Shown in pieces: positions 50,138 through 60,373 of a DNA stretch of 64,000 nt (positions are counted from its first letter, which is position 1; every line of letters begins with the position of its first letter). The notes under the pieces are model-generated. The model did not search any database, was not told the DNA's origin, and worked only from the letters and a program-made list of their open reading frames with translations. This DNA is from an uncultured delta proteobacterium (GTDB lineage: Bacteria > Myxococcota_A > Polyangia > Polyangiales > Polyangiaceae), in the NCBI GenBank assembly GCA_963841435.1, contig CAWJCS010000004.1, positions 448,001 to 512,000 on the forward strand, given 5' to 3'. The translations under genes were made by a program, and so were the position numbers.

Positions 50138-51160
50138 CTAAATGGTCCAGGTGTTGCCGCCACGCAAGAGCTTCGCGAGGTCTCCCTTGCCGGATTTGTC
50201 CCGGGCGGCCTTTTGCTGGGTGCGGACGGTGCCGTCGTAGGTCGGGCGGAGCGTCGCGTGGAGGACGCCGATGGCCATGGGGAACTCGGGGAAAGGCATG
50301 TGCGAGAGCAGGTTCGCGAACATGACATTGGTCTCGTCGTGCACGAGGACGTTGTCCAGTGTGACGCCGTTCTCGCCGATGGTCACGACCTCGAGCGAAA
50401 GCGTGCGCGGGTTCAAGCGCAGCCCCTTGTTCTGGGCTGCCCCGAAGACGAGCGGCTTGCCGTGCTCGACGCGAACCTCGCGATCGGCGCGCACCGATTT
50501 ATCGGTGAACGCGTCGAAGGCGCCGTCATTGAACACGTTGCAGTTCTGGTAGATCTCGACGAACGCGGTGCCAACGTGCGTGGCGGTGCGGCGAAGCACG
50601 TCCGACAGGTGAGGGGCGTCCGTGTCGACGGAGCGAGCGACGAAGCTCGCGTTCGACCCGAGCGCGAAGCTCGACGGATCGAGCGGCTGGTCGGCGGAGC
50701 CGACCGGTGTGCTCTTCGTGACCTTGCCCATCTCACTCGTGGGTGAGTACTGACCCTTCGTGAGCCCGTAGATGCGGTTGTTGAAGAGCAAGATCTTGAC
50801 GTCGAGGTTCCGCCGCAGACAGTGCATCAGGTGGTTGCCGCCGATGCTCAGGCCGTCACCGTCGCCCGTCGCGATCCAAACCGAGAGCTCGGGATTCGCG
50901 ATCTTTACGCCCATGGCGATGGCGGGCGCGCGCCCATGGATCGTGTGAAATCCGTAGGTGTTCATGTAGTACGGGAACCGGCTGCTGCAGCCGATGCCGC
51001 TCACCCAAACGATGCGCTCTCGCGGGATGCCGAGCTCCGGCATCACACGCTGCACGTTGGCGAGGATCGAGTAATCACCGCAGCCAGGGCACCAGCGCAC
51101 GTCCTGGTCGGTCTCGAAATCCTTCTTGGTGAGCCTACTTGGCTCGATGACGTTGGACAT
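50138..51160 (-). CDS. 2-oxoacid:ferredoxin oxidoreductase beta subunit
   Basis: WCPGCGDY, SGIGCSSR, HGRA, GDGDGLSIGGNH, YGLTKGQYSPT. Confidence 0.95.
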   Translation of the reverse strand: MSNVIEPSRLTKKDFETDQDVRWCPGCGDYSILANVQRVMPELGIPRERIVWVSGIGCSSRFPYYMNTYGFHTIHGRAPAIAMGVKIANPELSVWIATGDGDGLSIGGNHLMHCLRRNLDVKILLFNNRIYGLTKGQYSPTSEMGKVTKSTPVGSADQPLDPSSFALGSNASFVARSVDTDAPHLSDVLRRTATHVGTAFVEIYQNCNVFNDGAFDAFTDKSVRADREVRVEHGKPLVFGAAQNKGLRLNPRTLSLEVVTIGENGVTLDNVLVHDETNVMFANLLSHMPFPEFPMAIGVLHATLRPTYDGTVRTQQKAARDKSGKGDLAKLLRGGNTWTI

Positions 51161-51165
51161 ATGGC

Positions 51166-53034
51166 TCAGCTTTCCAGAAGCTGGCGGATCTTGTCCTCCA
51201 GCTCGGCGATCTTGAAAGGTTGCCCCTGGACCTTCGGCAAGCTCTCGGCGGGCACGAGGAAGGTGCTGCGCACGAGCTTCACGAGTTGGCCGAGGTTGAG
51301 CTCGGGTACGAGCACGCGTTCGAAGCGGGACAGCAACGCGCGGAGGTTCTTGGGGAAGGGGTTCAGGTAGCGGAGGTGGGCGTGCGACACGCTGAGGCCT
51401 CGCTCGCGGGAACGCTGCACGGCCTCGCGGATGGCGCCATAGGTCGAGCCCCAGCCGAGCACCAGCAGGCGCCCACTTTCGTCACCGACCTCGATCTCGA
51501 GATCCGGAATGTCGTTAGCGATGCCGGCGATCTTGGCCGCTCGCGTCTTGGTCATGCGCTCGTGGTTGTCGGGCGCATACGAGATGTGACCGGTGTCGTA
51601 GTCTTTCTCGAGGCCGCCCACCCGGTGCATCAGATCAGGCGTGCCGGGAATCGCCCAGTTGCGCGAAAGCGTCGCCGGATCCCGCAGGAAGGGGTGAAAA
51701 CCCTCGGGATCGGTGCGGAACTTCACATCGAGCTTCGGCAGGTCCGAGAGCGACGGAATGCGCCACGGCTCCGCGCCGTTCGCAAGGTAGCCGTCCGTGA
51801 GCAGGATCACCGGGGTCATGTACTTCGTGGCGAGGCGCACGGCCTCGATCGCCATGTCGAAGCAGTTGCCCGGGGTGGACGCGGCGATGACGCAGACCGG
51901 GCTCTCGCTGTTGCGGCCGTAGACGGCCTGCAAGAGATCCGCCTGTTCGGTCTTGGTGGGGAGGCCCGTGCTCGGGCCACCGCGCTGGATGTTGATGATC
52001 ACGAGCGGCAGCTCGACCGAGAGCGCAAGCCCGATGCCTTCCATCTTGAGGGCCATGCCCGGCCCGCTCGTGCTCGTGACGCCCAGGTTGCCGGCGTAGG
52101 ACGCGCCGAGCGCGGCGCACACGGCGGCGATCTCGTCCTCAGCCTGGATCGTGGTCACGCCGAACTGCTTGTACTTGCTCAGCTCGTGCAGGATGTCGCT
52201 GGCGGGAGTGATGGGATACGCGCCGAGCACGAGCGGCAGGCCCGTGAGCTGCGCGGCCGCCACCAGGCCGAGCGCCGTCGCGGTATTGCCGCCGATGTTG
52301 CGGTACTCGCCCTTTTCGACTGGGGCGGCGGGCACCTCGTAGCCGTGCTGGAAGATCTCGGCGGTCTCGCCGTAGGCGTGGCCGGCCTTTAGCGCTGCGA
52401 TATTCGCCGCGACCAGATCGGCACGCTTGCCAAACTTCGACTCGATCCACTTCAGCGTCGGCTCGAGGGGTCGCCCGTAGATCCAGAACATCAAACCGAG
52501 CGTCCAGAAGTTCTTGCAGCGGTGGGCCTCCTTGTTCGAGAGCCCGGTATCCTTGACCGCCGCGACCGTGAGCTTCGTGATGTCGATCGACATCAGGGTG
52601 TAACCGTCGAGCGAGCCGTTCTCCAGCGGATTCTCGTCGTAGCCGGCCTTCTTCAGATTCGCAGCGCTGAACGCGCCCGTGTTCAGGATCAAGAGGCCGC
52701 CCTTCTTGAGATCCCGAAGGTTGGTGCGTAGCGCAGCGGGGTTCATCGCCACGAGCACGTCGGGCGCATCGCCGGGCGTGAACACGTCGTGCGACGAGAA
52801 GTGCACCTGGAACCCCGAAACGCCGTACGTGGTGCCGGCCGGGGCCCGGATCTCCGCGGGAAAATCCGGGAAGGTTGCCAGGTCGTTTCTGGCGAGTGCG
52901 GCGGCGGCCGTGAACTGATCTCCGGTGACCTGCATGCCGTCGCCTGAATCGCCTGCGAACCGGACGACGGCGCCGCGAATGATCTCGCGCGGAGATGGAA
53001 CGGGCGTACTGAGTGGTTCGATGGCTGAAGTCAT
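51166..53034 (-). CDS. 2-oxoacid:acceptor oxidoreductase alpha subunit (gamma-alpha fused)
   Basis: AGDSGDGMQ, PAEIRAPAG, YPITPAS, QAEDEIAA, QRGGPSTGLPT. Confidence 0.95.
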   Translation of the reverse strand: MTSAIEPLSTPVPSPREIIRGAVVRFAGDSGDGMQVTGDQFTAAAALARNDLATFPDFPAEIRAPAGTTYGVSGFQVHFSSHDVFTPGDAPDVLVAMNPAALRTNLRDLKKGGLLILNTGAFSAANLKKAGYDENPLENGSLDGYTLMSIDITKLTVAAVKDTGLSNKEAHRCKNFWTLGLMFWIYGRPLEPTLKWIESKFGKRADLVAANIAALKAGHAYGETAEIFQHGYEVPAAPVEKGEYRNIGGNTATALGLVAAAQLTGLPLVLGAYPITPASDILHELSKYKQFGVTTIQAEDEIAAVCAALGASYAGNLGVTSTSGPGMALKMEGIGLALSVELPLVIINIQRGGPSTGLPTKTEQADLLQAVYGRNSESPVCVIAASTPGNCFDMAIEAVRLATKYMTPVILLTDGYLANGAEPWRIPSLSDLPKLDVKFRTDPEGFHPFLRDPATLSRNWAIPGTPDLMHRVGGLEKDYDTGHISYAPDNHERMTKTRAAKIAGIANDIPDLEIEVGDESGRLLVLGWGSTYGAIREAVQRSRERGLSVSHAHLRYLNPFPKNLRALLSRFERVLVPELNLGQLVKLVRSTFLVPAESLPKVQGQPFKIAELEDKIRQLLES

Positions 53035-53126
53035 GGCGAACGTCGAAACTGAGTGAGTTTTCCCCTCTTTGGGGGCTTGTCAAGTTGGCGTGGGGGCTTG
53101 GCTTGCCCCTTTTTGTCGCCGAGGCT

Positions 53127-53576
53127 TCAGGCCGTGGGAACGACGTGGCGATCGAGCAGTCCGCCGAGCCGCGGACACGCGGCTTCGACCTGCTTCTTCG
53201 CGATCGGCCGTAGCTTGTCGTACGCCGAGCGCACGACGGGGCGCTTGGCCTCCTTCGCACGCTTGTCGGTCACCTGAAGGAGCGCGTCCGCGGCCCGTGA
53301 GGCATTCTCGCTCAAGTATGCCCCGGCGGGACGCTTCTTCTCCACGGCTTCCTGGTAAATTGGATCGAGGGCGTCGATGAAGTCGTCGAGCAGGGCGTCG
53401 ACGACCTCTGGGACGAAGCCCGGCTTGATACCTTGTAGGACTTTGTAGGCGCCCTTGATGGCGAGGCCGGTGATGCCACCCTTGTCGCCGACCTCTTGGT
53501 CGAGGACGCTGCAAGCGTCCTTTATCACTGTGGGGCGCTTGTCCGGGGTCGTGAGCTGTTCGCGCAGAGATGGCAT
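53127..53576 (-). CDS. Conserved hypothetical protein (DUF6918-like)
   Basis: DQEVGDKGGITGLAIKGAYKV, ADALLQVTD, AYDKLRP pattern; family name from recall. Confidence 0.65.
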   Translation of the reverse strand: MPSLREQLTTPDKRPTVIKDACSVLDQEVGDKGGITGLAIKGAYKVLQGIKPGFVPEVVDALLDDFIDALDPIYQEAVEKKRPAGAYLSENASRAADALLQVTDKRAKEAKRPVVRSAYDKLRPIAKKQVEAACPRLGGLLDRHVVPTA

Positions 53577-53809
53577 TTTTTCTGGCCTCTCCTCGGGGCC
53601 GGGCAGGGCGGAGCCTAATCCCGTCATTTTGGTCGTGCGAGGGAAATTTCGCGCGCCCGCAACCAAAACTGCGGGTTTTTGGGGTCTACCTGGCCCCGCG
53701 GTGCCTCATTCGGGTTCGGTGGGCCTCGCGACCGGCGCAGCAAGCTTTGCGACCGGGGCCCCAATGGTGCAAAAAAGAAACCTGGAGGCCCCGATCGTGG
53801 ACCTTCGAC

Positions 53810-55081
53810 ATGACAGAGGACCTCAAGCCCGGATCCAAGCTCGGCGATAGCGAGCTGCTCTTGCGGATCGGTCGCGGCGGTATGGCCACGGTGTGGGTCG
53901 CGCGTGAGCGCGGTGCGAGCACCGAGGAGGACCGCCTCGTCGCGGTCAAGGCCATGCTGCCCGATCTCGCAGAAGAGCCCGAGTTCGTTCGGATGTTCCT
54001 CGACGAGGTGCGCCTCGTCCGCAGCATTCGACACCCGAACGTCGTCAACGTGTACGACGTGGGCGAGCACGACGGCATCATGTGGATGTCGATGGAATGG
54101 GTGGAGGGCGAGTCACTCCACACGGTGATAGCCGAGGCCGGCAAACGACGTGCCATTCCACCGGAAATGGCGGTGCGCATCATCGCCGACGCCGCAGCTG
54201 GGCTGCACGCGGCCCACGAGCTGCGCGACGAGAACGGCGCCCTGCGCGGCGTCGTCCATCGCGACATCTCGCCACACAACATCCTGATCGGGACGAACGG
54301 CGTCGTGAAACTCGTGGATTTCGGTGTGGCGAAAGCGATCGGCCGCGTGAGCGAGGCGACGCGCGCCGGCCAGCTCAAGGGCAAATTCGGCTACATGTCG
54401 CCCGAGCAGGCGCGCGGCAAGCCCATCGACCGACGCAGCGACGTCTTTGCGCTCGGCATCGTGCTCTTCGAGCTCACGACGAGCCGGCGGCTCTTTCGCG
54501 GGGAGAGTGACATCGAGACGCTCAAGCTCGTGATCTCGAGCCGCATCCCGCGTCCGAGCTCGTTCGATCCGAAGTACCCGCTCGAGCTCGAGCGGATCGT
54601 CCTCAAGGCACTCGACCGCGATCCGACCAAGCGTTTCCAGACGGCGGCGGAGCTCGAGCGAGACCTCAACACGTATCTGAAGAGCCAGCGCATCCTCGTA
54701 CCCGAGAGCGGTATCGCCGGCTTGCTCAAGCGAGTGGTGGGGCAGCGCATCGAGCAGCGGCGCAAGGCGGTGCGAGCCGCGGTGAGGTCGCTCTCGGCCG
54801 GAACGGCCGCGGAGCTCATCTCCAGCGAGCCCGTCTTCACGCCCACGGGCCGTGAGAAGATCACCGTGACCGGTGTGAGCGTCGTCACGGGGACGGGGCT
54901 CTCGGGCGTCTCCGGCCTATCGTCCGCGAGCAGCTCACGTGGTGGTGTGGCGCCACCGAGCACGCGATCGGTGCCGAATGAGCGACCTGATCCGAATCGG
55001 GGAGTGGCCCTGGTGGCCTACGCCGTGGGCGTGGCCGGAATCCTGATCGCGCTGGCCGTGCTGTACTTGAACGGGCGCTAG
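53810..55081 (+). CDS. Hanks-type Ser/Thr protein kinase with a C-terminal TM anchor
   Basis: IGRGGMATVW, VAVK, HRDISPHN, DFG, GKFGYMSPEQ. Confidence 0.93.
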   Translation: MTEDLKPGSKLGDSELLLRIGRGGMATVWVARERGASTEEDRLVAVKAMLPDLAEEPEFVRMFLDEVRLVRSIRHPNVVNVYDVGEHDGIMWMSMEWVEGESLHTVIAEAGKRRAIPPEMAVRIIADAAAGLHAAHELRDENGALRGVVHRDISPHNILIGTNGVVKLVDFGVAKAIGRVSEATRAGQLKGKFGYMSPEQARGKPIDRRSDVFALGIVLFELTTSRRLFRGESDIETLKLVISSRIPRPSSFDPKYPLELERIVLKALDRDPTKRFQTAAELERDLNTYLKSQRILVPESGIAGLLKRVVGQRIEQRRKAVRAAVRSLSAGTAAELISSEPVFTPTGREKITVTGVSVVTGTGLSGVSGLSSASSSRGGVAPPSTRSVPNERPDPNRGVALVAYAVGVAGILIALAVLYLNGR

Positions 55082-55132
55082 CCCGGGGCTAGAACCCTCG
55101 CATGGGGTGCGCTGGCGGCGCCCCGAGAGGTT

Positions 55133-56560
55133 TTGGCTACGTCCAACCACGTGTCGAGTTTGGAGCAGGGCGGCTCGCCGGGAGGGCGAGCGGCGGAGGA
55201 GTCTGCTCGGCTCGGCAAGATCCTCGTGGTCGACGACCAGCGCAACATGCGTACGACGCTGGCGCTCATGTTGAGGAGCGCCGGCTATGACGTTGACGAG
55301 GCCCAGGACGGCGCGGAGGGACGCGAGCTCGGCGCTCGTGGTGCTTACGACGTCGTGATCACCGACCTCCGGATGGGCGAGTTCGATGGTATCGAGGTGC
55401 TGCGCGCGATCAAGGACGCCCAGCCCATGACCGAGGTGATCGTCATGACCGCCTACGGCACCATCGAGAGTGCCGTGGAGGCCATGCGCGTCGGTGCTTT
55501 CGACTACATCCAGAAGCCTTTCACGGAGCAGGAGCTCACCGTCAAGGTCAACAAGGCTCTCGAGAGCCGGCAGCTCCGCGGCCAGATGCAGCTCTTCGCG
55601 CAAGAGTTCAAGGAGCGCTACCACCTCGAGAACGTCATCGGCCGCTCGCAACCGATGCGGGACGTGCTGATGCGCGTGGTGAAAATCGCCGCAACCGATG
55701 CCACCGCGCTCATCACGGGTGAAAGCGGCACGGGAAAGGAGCTCATTGCTCGGGCCATTCACGCCAATAGCAAGCGCGCGAGCCGTCCTTTCGTGTCCGT
55801 CAATTGCGCCGCCATCACGGAGACGCTGCTCGAAAGCGAGCTGTTCGGCTACGCGCGCGGCGCCTTCACGGGCGCCGTCACGGCGCGCAAGGGGCTGTTC
55901 GAGGAGGCAGACGGCGGCACGTTCTTCTTCGACGAGATTGCCGAAACGACCCCGGCGACGCAGGCGAAGCTCCTCCGCGCCATCCAGGAGGGGGAGATCC
56001 GCAGGGTGGGGGAGAACAAGCCCATCCGCGTCGACGTGCGCGTGGTCGCGGCCACCAACGTCGATCTCGCGCAGGCGGTCGCGGATCGCCGCTTCAGACA
56101 GGATCTGTTCTATCGCCTCAACGTAGCTCGCTTCGTGCTGCCACCGCTGCGCGAGCGGCCCGAGGACATCCCGCTGCTCGTCGAATTCTTCCTGGCAAAG
56201 TACAGCCGGAAAATGGGGCGGCGGGCGCGCCTGGGTGAAGGCGTTCTCGACCGCCTGCTCTCGTATTCGTTTCCGGGCAACGTGCGGGAGCTCGAGAACC
56301 TAGTCGAGCAGGGCGTCGCGCTTTGCACGAACGGCGTCATCGGCGTCGACGACATCCTTCCCGAGGAGCCTCGAGCACCCGGCGGCGCGTCCGGCAAGAC
56401 GCTCGCCGACATCGTCGACGAGGCGCAGCGGCAGGCCATCGAGGCGGCGCTCCGAGGCGCGGACGGTAGCCGCGAGCGAGCGGCGGAGCTGCTCGACATC
56501 AGCCCCGTCACGCTCTGGCGGAAGATGACGCGGCTCGGCATCGCCATCGAGTCGCGCTAA
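55133..56560 (+). CDS. Sigma54-dependent response regulator (NtrC family)
   Basis: REC domain (VVDD, ITDLRM, KPF), GESGTGKE, GAFTGA, FPGNVREL, C-terminal HTH. Confidence 0.94.
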   Translation: MATSNHVSSLEQGGSPGGRAAEESARLGKILVVDDQRNMRTTLALMLRSAGYDVDEAQDGAEGRELGARGAYDVVITDLRMGEFDGIEVLRAIKDAQPMTEVIVMTAYGTIESAVEAMRVGAFDYIQKPFTEQELTVKVNKALESRQLRGQMQLFAQEFKERYHLENVIGRSQPMRDVLMRVVKIAATDATALITGESGTGKELIARAIHANSKRASRPFVSVNCAAITETLLESELFGYARGAFTGAVTARKGLFEEADGGTFFFDEIAETTPATQAKLLRAIQEGEIRRVGENKPIRVDVRVVAATNVDLAQAVADRRFRQDLFYRLNVARFVLPPLRERPEDIPLLVEFFLAKYSRKMGRRARLGEGVLDRLLSYSFPGNVRELENLVEQGVALCTNGVIGVDDILPEEPRAPGGASGKTLADIVDEAQRQAIEAALRGADGSRERAAELLDISPVTLWRKMTRLGIAIESR

Positions 56561-56584
56561 TAAAGGCCCCTGGCCAGCGAGCCC

Positions 56585-57634
56585 TTGCGTACCGAGCTCT
56601 TCGACTACGCGCTGCCTCCGGCGCAGATAGCCCGCCACCCGCCGACCGAGCGAGATGGCGGGAGGCTGTGTGCGCTCGAGGTCGACGGCGTGCGGCACCT
56701 CGCCCTGGCCGAATTTCCCGAGCTCGTGCCGCCGGGGGCGCTCGTCGTGCTCAACGACACCCGCGTCCGCCACGCCCGCGCGCTCGTCCGGCGCCGACGA
56801 ACGGGGGGCGGGGTGGAGCTGCTCTTCCTCGAGCGGCTCGCCGACGACGCGGACGGTGAGGTCTGGGAAGCGCTCGGGCGCGCCAACAAGCCGCTCTCGG
56901 TCGGCGATGCCTTCGAGGCCGTCGATCTCGACGCACGCATCACGCTCGTGGGTGAGCGCGGTCTCGTCCGCGTCTCGGCCCGAACGCGCCACGGCGTGGA
57001 GGCCTGGCTTGCGACTCACGGGCACGTGCCGATCCCACCGTACCTCGGTCGCGGCGACGAACCCGAGGATCGTGAGCGTTACCAGACGGTTTTTGCGGAA
57101 CGGCTTGGCTCGGTGGCCGCACCCACGGCGGGTCTCCACCTCAGTCGAACGTTGCTCGAGCGACTACGGGAAAGGGGCGTCGAAATTGCGACGACGACGC
57201 TCTCGATCGGACTTGGCACCTTTCGACCCGTCGAGGTCGACGACCTCGACCACCATCCGATGCACGCCGAGACGATCGAGGTCTCCGAGCAGCTGACGGG
57301 CCACGTCGCCCGAGCGCGGGCCCGCGGCGCGCCGGTCGTGGCCATCGGCACGACCGTGGTGCGGGCGCTCGAATCGGCGGCCGATCGAGAGAGGCCTGGT
57401 CACCTCCAGCGCTTTTCCGGCGAGACGCGGCTCCTCATCCAGCCGGGCTACGCGTTTCGGGTCGTCAACGCGCTGCTCACCAATTTCCACCAGCCGAGGA
57501 GCACGCTGCTTGCGCTCGTGTGCGCGTTCGCGGGTCGCGACAGGGTGCTCGCGGCGTACCGCGAGGCGCTCGGGCGCGGATACCGCTTCCTCTCGTACGG
57601 GGACGCCATGTGGTTGCCGAGACGCGCATGGTGA
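56585..57634 (+). CDS. queA: S-adenosylmethionine:tRNA ribosyltransferase-isomerase
   Basis: FDYALP, NDTRV, PIPPY, YQTVFA, VAAPTAGLH, TNFHQP, YRFLSYGDAM. Confidence 0.95.
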   Translation: MRTELFDYALPPAQIARHPPTERDGGRLCALEVDGVRHLALAEFPELVPPGALVVLNDTRVRHARALVRRRRTGGGVELLFLERLADDADGEVWEALGRANKPLSVGDAFEAVDLDARITLVGERGLVRVSARTRHGVEAWLATHGHVPIPPYLGRGDEPEDRERYQTVFAERLGSVAAPTAGLHLSRTLLERLRERGVEIATTTLSIGLGTFRPVEVDDLDHHPMHAETIEVSEQLTGHVARARARGAPVVAIGTTVVRALESAADRERPGHLQRFSGETRLLIQPGYAFRVVNALLTNFHQPRSTLLALVCAFAGRDRVLAAYREALGRGYRFLSYGDAMWLPRRAW

Positions 57635-58746
57635 GCTTCCGCCTCGCGGGCCAATCGGGCGAGGCGCGTGCCGGCGTCATCGTTTCGTCGCGTGGGGACG
57701 TGGAAACGCCCGCGTTCATGCCGGTCGCGACGCTCGGGAGCGTCAAAGGGCTCGACGCCGCGGACCTCGCGGCGGTCGGTGCCCGGATGGTGATCATGAA
57801 CACCTACCACCTGTGGACGCGCCCTGGCGAAGAGGTGGTGCGTGCGCTCGGAGGCCTCCACGCGTTCACGCGCTTCCCGGGCCCCATCGTGACCGACTCG
57901 GGGGGCTTCCAGGCCTTCTCGCTCGCCGAGCGCGTTCGTCTCGACGAAAACGGCTTCACGTTTTCGTCGCACGTCGACGGTCGGCGCCTCGAGCTGACGC
58001 CCGAAGCGGCCATGCGCATCCAGGGCGCGCTCGGCTCCGACATCGCGATGCAGCTCGACGTTTGTCCGGTGGGTGGCGCCCCGCGCGAGCAGCTCGAGAT
58101 GGCCGTGGCGCGCACGACGCGCTGGGCGGAGCGCTGCCTCGCTGCCCGCAGCCCGGGTCAGTCGGTGTTCGGCATCGTGCAGGGCGGCACCGATCGAGAG
58201 CTGAGGCTCCGGCACGCCGAGGCCCTCGCAAGGCTTCCGTTCGAGGGCCTCGCGTTGGGTGGTTTCAGCGTGGGCGAGGCGAACGCCCAAATGCACGCGA
58301 CGCTCGAGGTCGTGGCGCCCCGCATGGATCCGGCGCGTCCGCGCTACCTGATGGGCGTTGGCACACCGAGTGACGTCGTGCGCGCCGTAGCGGCCGGGGT
58401 GGACCTTTTCGATTGCGTGATCCCCACACGCAATGCCCGCAACGGGCAAGCGTTCACCCCGGATGGTCCCCTTGCGCTCCGCAACGCGCGCTACCGAGAA
58501 GACGGCGCCGTGCTCGAAGACGGCTGCACCTGCCCGGCCTGCCGGTGCGGCTACAGCCGCGCGTACCTCAGGCACCTACATCTCGCCAAGGAAATGTCGG
58601 CCGCTCGCCTGGTGACGCTGCACAACCTCACTTTCTACGCGCGGCTCGTGGCCGACGCGCGTCGTGCCATCCTCGCTGGCGACTACACGCATTGGGCCGC
58701 TGCGAGGCTCGAGCGCTACGGCGCGCTCGAGGGGCCCGCCGCTTGA
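57628..58746 (+). CDS. tgt: tRNA-guanine transglycosylase
   Basis: TPAFMPV, NTYHL, TDSGGFQ, FGIVQGG, YLMGVG, DCVIPTR, CTCPAC. Confidence 0.95.
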   Translation: MVSFRLAGQSGEARAGVIVSSRGDVETPAFMPVATLGSVKGLDAADLAAVGARMVIMNTYHLWTRPGEEVVRALGGLHAFTRFPGPIVTDSGGFQAFSLAERVRLDENGFTFSSHVDGRRLELTPEAAMRIQGALGSDIAMQLDVCPVGGAPREQLEMAVARTTRWAERCLAARSPGQSVFGIVQGGTDRELRLRHAEALARLPFEGLALGGFSVGEANAQMHATLEVVAPRMDPARPRYLMGVGTPSDVVRAVAAGVDLFDCVIPTRNARNGQAFTPDGPLALRNARYREDGAVLEDGCTCPACRCGYSRAYLRHLHLAKEMSAARLVTLHNLTFYARLVADARRAILAGDYTHWAAARLERYGALEGPAA

Positions 58747-58846
58747 ACGAGCGCCCCGGCCGCCGCGCTCGACGCCTCGCGTCGCACCCTGAAGGGGTAC
58801 GAGAACGGCCCCCACGCCGGCGCGCTTTTAGGTGATACTGCAGAGG

Positions 58847-60337
58847 ATGAGCGACCGGAAGCAGATCGGGAAGATCCTGCTTCGCCAGCGCGCCCTGAGT
58901 CAGGAGCAGCTCGACCGAGCCCTCTCCGAGAACAAAGGCGGGCGGCTGGCGTCCCGCCTGGCGGCGGACGGCACCATCACCGACCTTTCGGCGCTCAAGG
59001 CGCTCAGCGAGCAGCACGGGATCCCGGGCATCGATCTTTCGCAGATCTGCCTGCGCCTGGAGACGCTCGATCTCTTGCCGCGCGAGATCGCCGAAAGGCA
59101 TCTGATATTGCCGGTGCTCATGCGCGAGGACCGACTGTTCGTCGCGATGGCAAACCCGCGCGAGCGCAAGGTTGTCGACGAGCTCGAGTTCGTGACCGGC
59201 AAGAAGGTGTACCCCTACATCGCGCTCGAGACGTCGCTTGCCCACGTCATCGAGGAGGCCTACTCGCGCAAGACCCGAGGCGACGCGTTTTACGTGGGCT
59301 CGCACTGCCCGGCGGAGGTGCTCAAGAAGCTCGGCATCGACGCCAGCGGCGAGCCGCTCTCGTCACCCGACGAGGGCGCCGAGGAGCCGCCGAGCCAGCG
59401 CGCGCTGCATGGCCCGGGGGTGATCGTCGACGACGAGGTTGGGCGTCTCTCGCAGAGCGACGACATCGAGGAGGGCGACGTCGCGAACGTGCAGCCGGAG
59501 GACAGCGTGGTCAGTGCGCCTCCGGACGAGGTCGCGCGCGAGTCGGCGCTGCCTCCGCCGCCCCCCGGAGCGAAGACGATCCTCGTTGTCGATGACGAGG
59601 CCGACATTCGCAAGATGCTCTCGCGCCTGCTCGCGCGCGCAGGCTACCGCGTGCTCGAGGCCGACCGTGGGGTTCTGGCGCTGCGCCTCGTGAAGGAGCA
59701 GACGCCGGATCTCATCGTTTTGGACGCCATGCTTCCCGAGATCCATGGCTTCGACATCGCGCGACGCATCAAGGGCAGCAAGCGCTACGGGGAGATTCCG
59801 ATCGTGATGGTGAGCGCCGTTTATCGGGGTTGGCGCTACGCCGAGGACCTGCGCCAGACGCTCGGGGTCGACGACTTCATCGAGAAGCCGTTCACCCTCC
59901 AGGACGTGCTCACGCGCATCCAGGCGCGCCTCGGCACTCGGGACCCGAGCGCGCCGCCCGCGCCGCCCGCCGTCGCCAACGACGAGGTGGAGCGCGCGCT
60001 CCAGCAGGGTATCGACGCCTACAAGGCGGGGCAGCTCGACGAGGCCATCGAGCACCTCAGGCGCGGCGTCGCCATCGACCCCCTGGCCTTCCGGCTGCGG
60101 TTCCAGCTCGGCCTGCTCTACGGCCGGAGGGGGCAAATCTTCGACGCGGTGAGCGAGCTCGAGACGGCGGTCAGCGTCAATCCAGGGCATTTTTCGGCCG
60201 TCAAGAACCTTGCCATCCTGTACCAAAAGTCCGGATTTCGGAACAAGGCCGTCGAGACCTGGGAGCGCGCTCTCGCCCTTGCCCCCGATGACGCGACCCG
60301 GCTATCCATCAAGGAGCACCTCCTCCGGTTGCTCTGA
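58847..60337 (+). CDS. Response regulator with N-terminal GspE-N/MshEN-like domain and C-terminal TPRs
   Basis: QIGKILL...LSQEQLDRAL, REC (LVVDD, LDAMLP, KPF), TPR helices. Confidence 0.8.
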   Translation: MSDRKQIGKILLRQRALSQEQLDRALSENKGGRLASRLAADGTITDLSALKALSEQHGIPGIDLSQICLRLETLDLLPREIAERHLILPVLMREDRLFVAMANPRERKVVDELEFVTGKKVYPYIALETSLAHVIEEAYSRKTRGDAFYVGSHCPAEVLKKLGIDASGEPLSSPDEGAEEPPSQRALHGPGVIVDDEVGRLSQSDDIEEGDVANVQPEDSVVSAPPDEVARESALPPPPPGAKTILVVDDEADIRKMLSRLLARAGYRVLEADRGVLALRLVKEQTPDLIVLDAMLPEIHGFDIARRIKGSKRYGEIPIVMVSAVYRGWRYAEDLRQTLGVDDFIEKPFTLQDVLTRIQARLGTRDPSAPPAPPAVANDEVERALQQGIDAYKAGQLDEAIEHLRRGVAIDPLAFRLRFQLGLLYGRRGQIFDAVSELETAVSVNPGHFSAVKNLAILYQKSGFRNKAVETWERALALAPDDATRLSIKEHLLRLL

Positions 60338-60373
60338 GGAGCCCGCTCGCATGAGTCTCGCCCGAGCCCGCGT

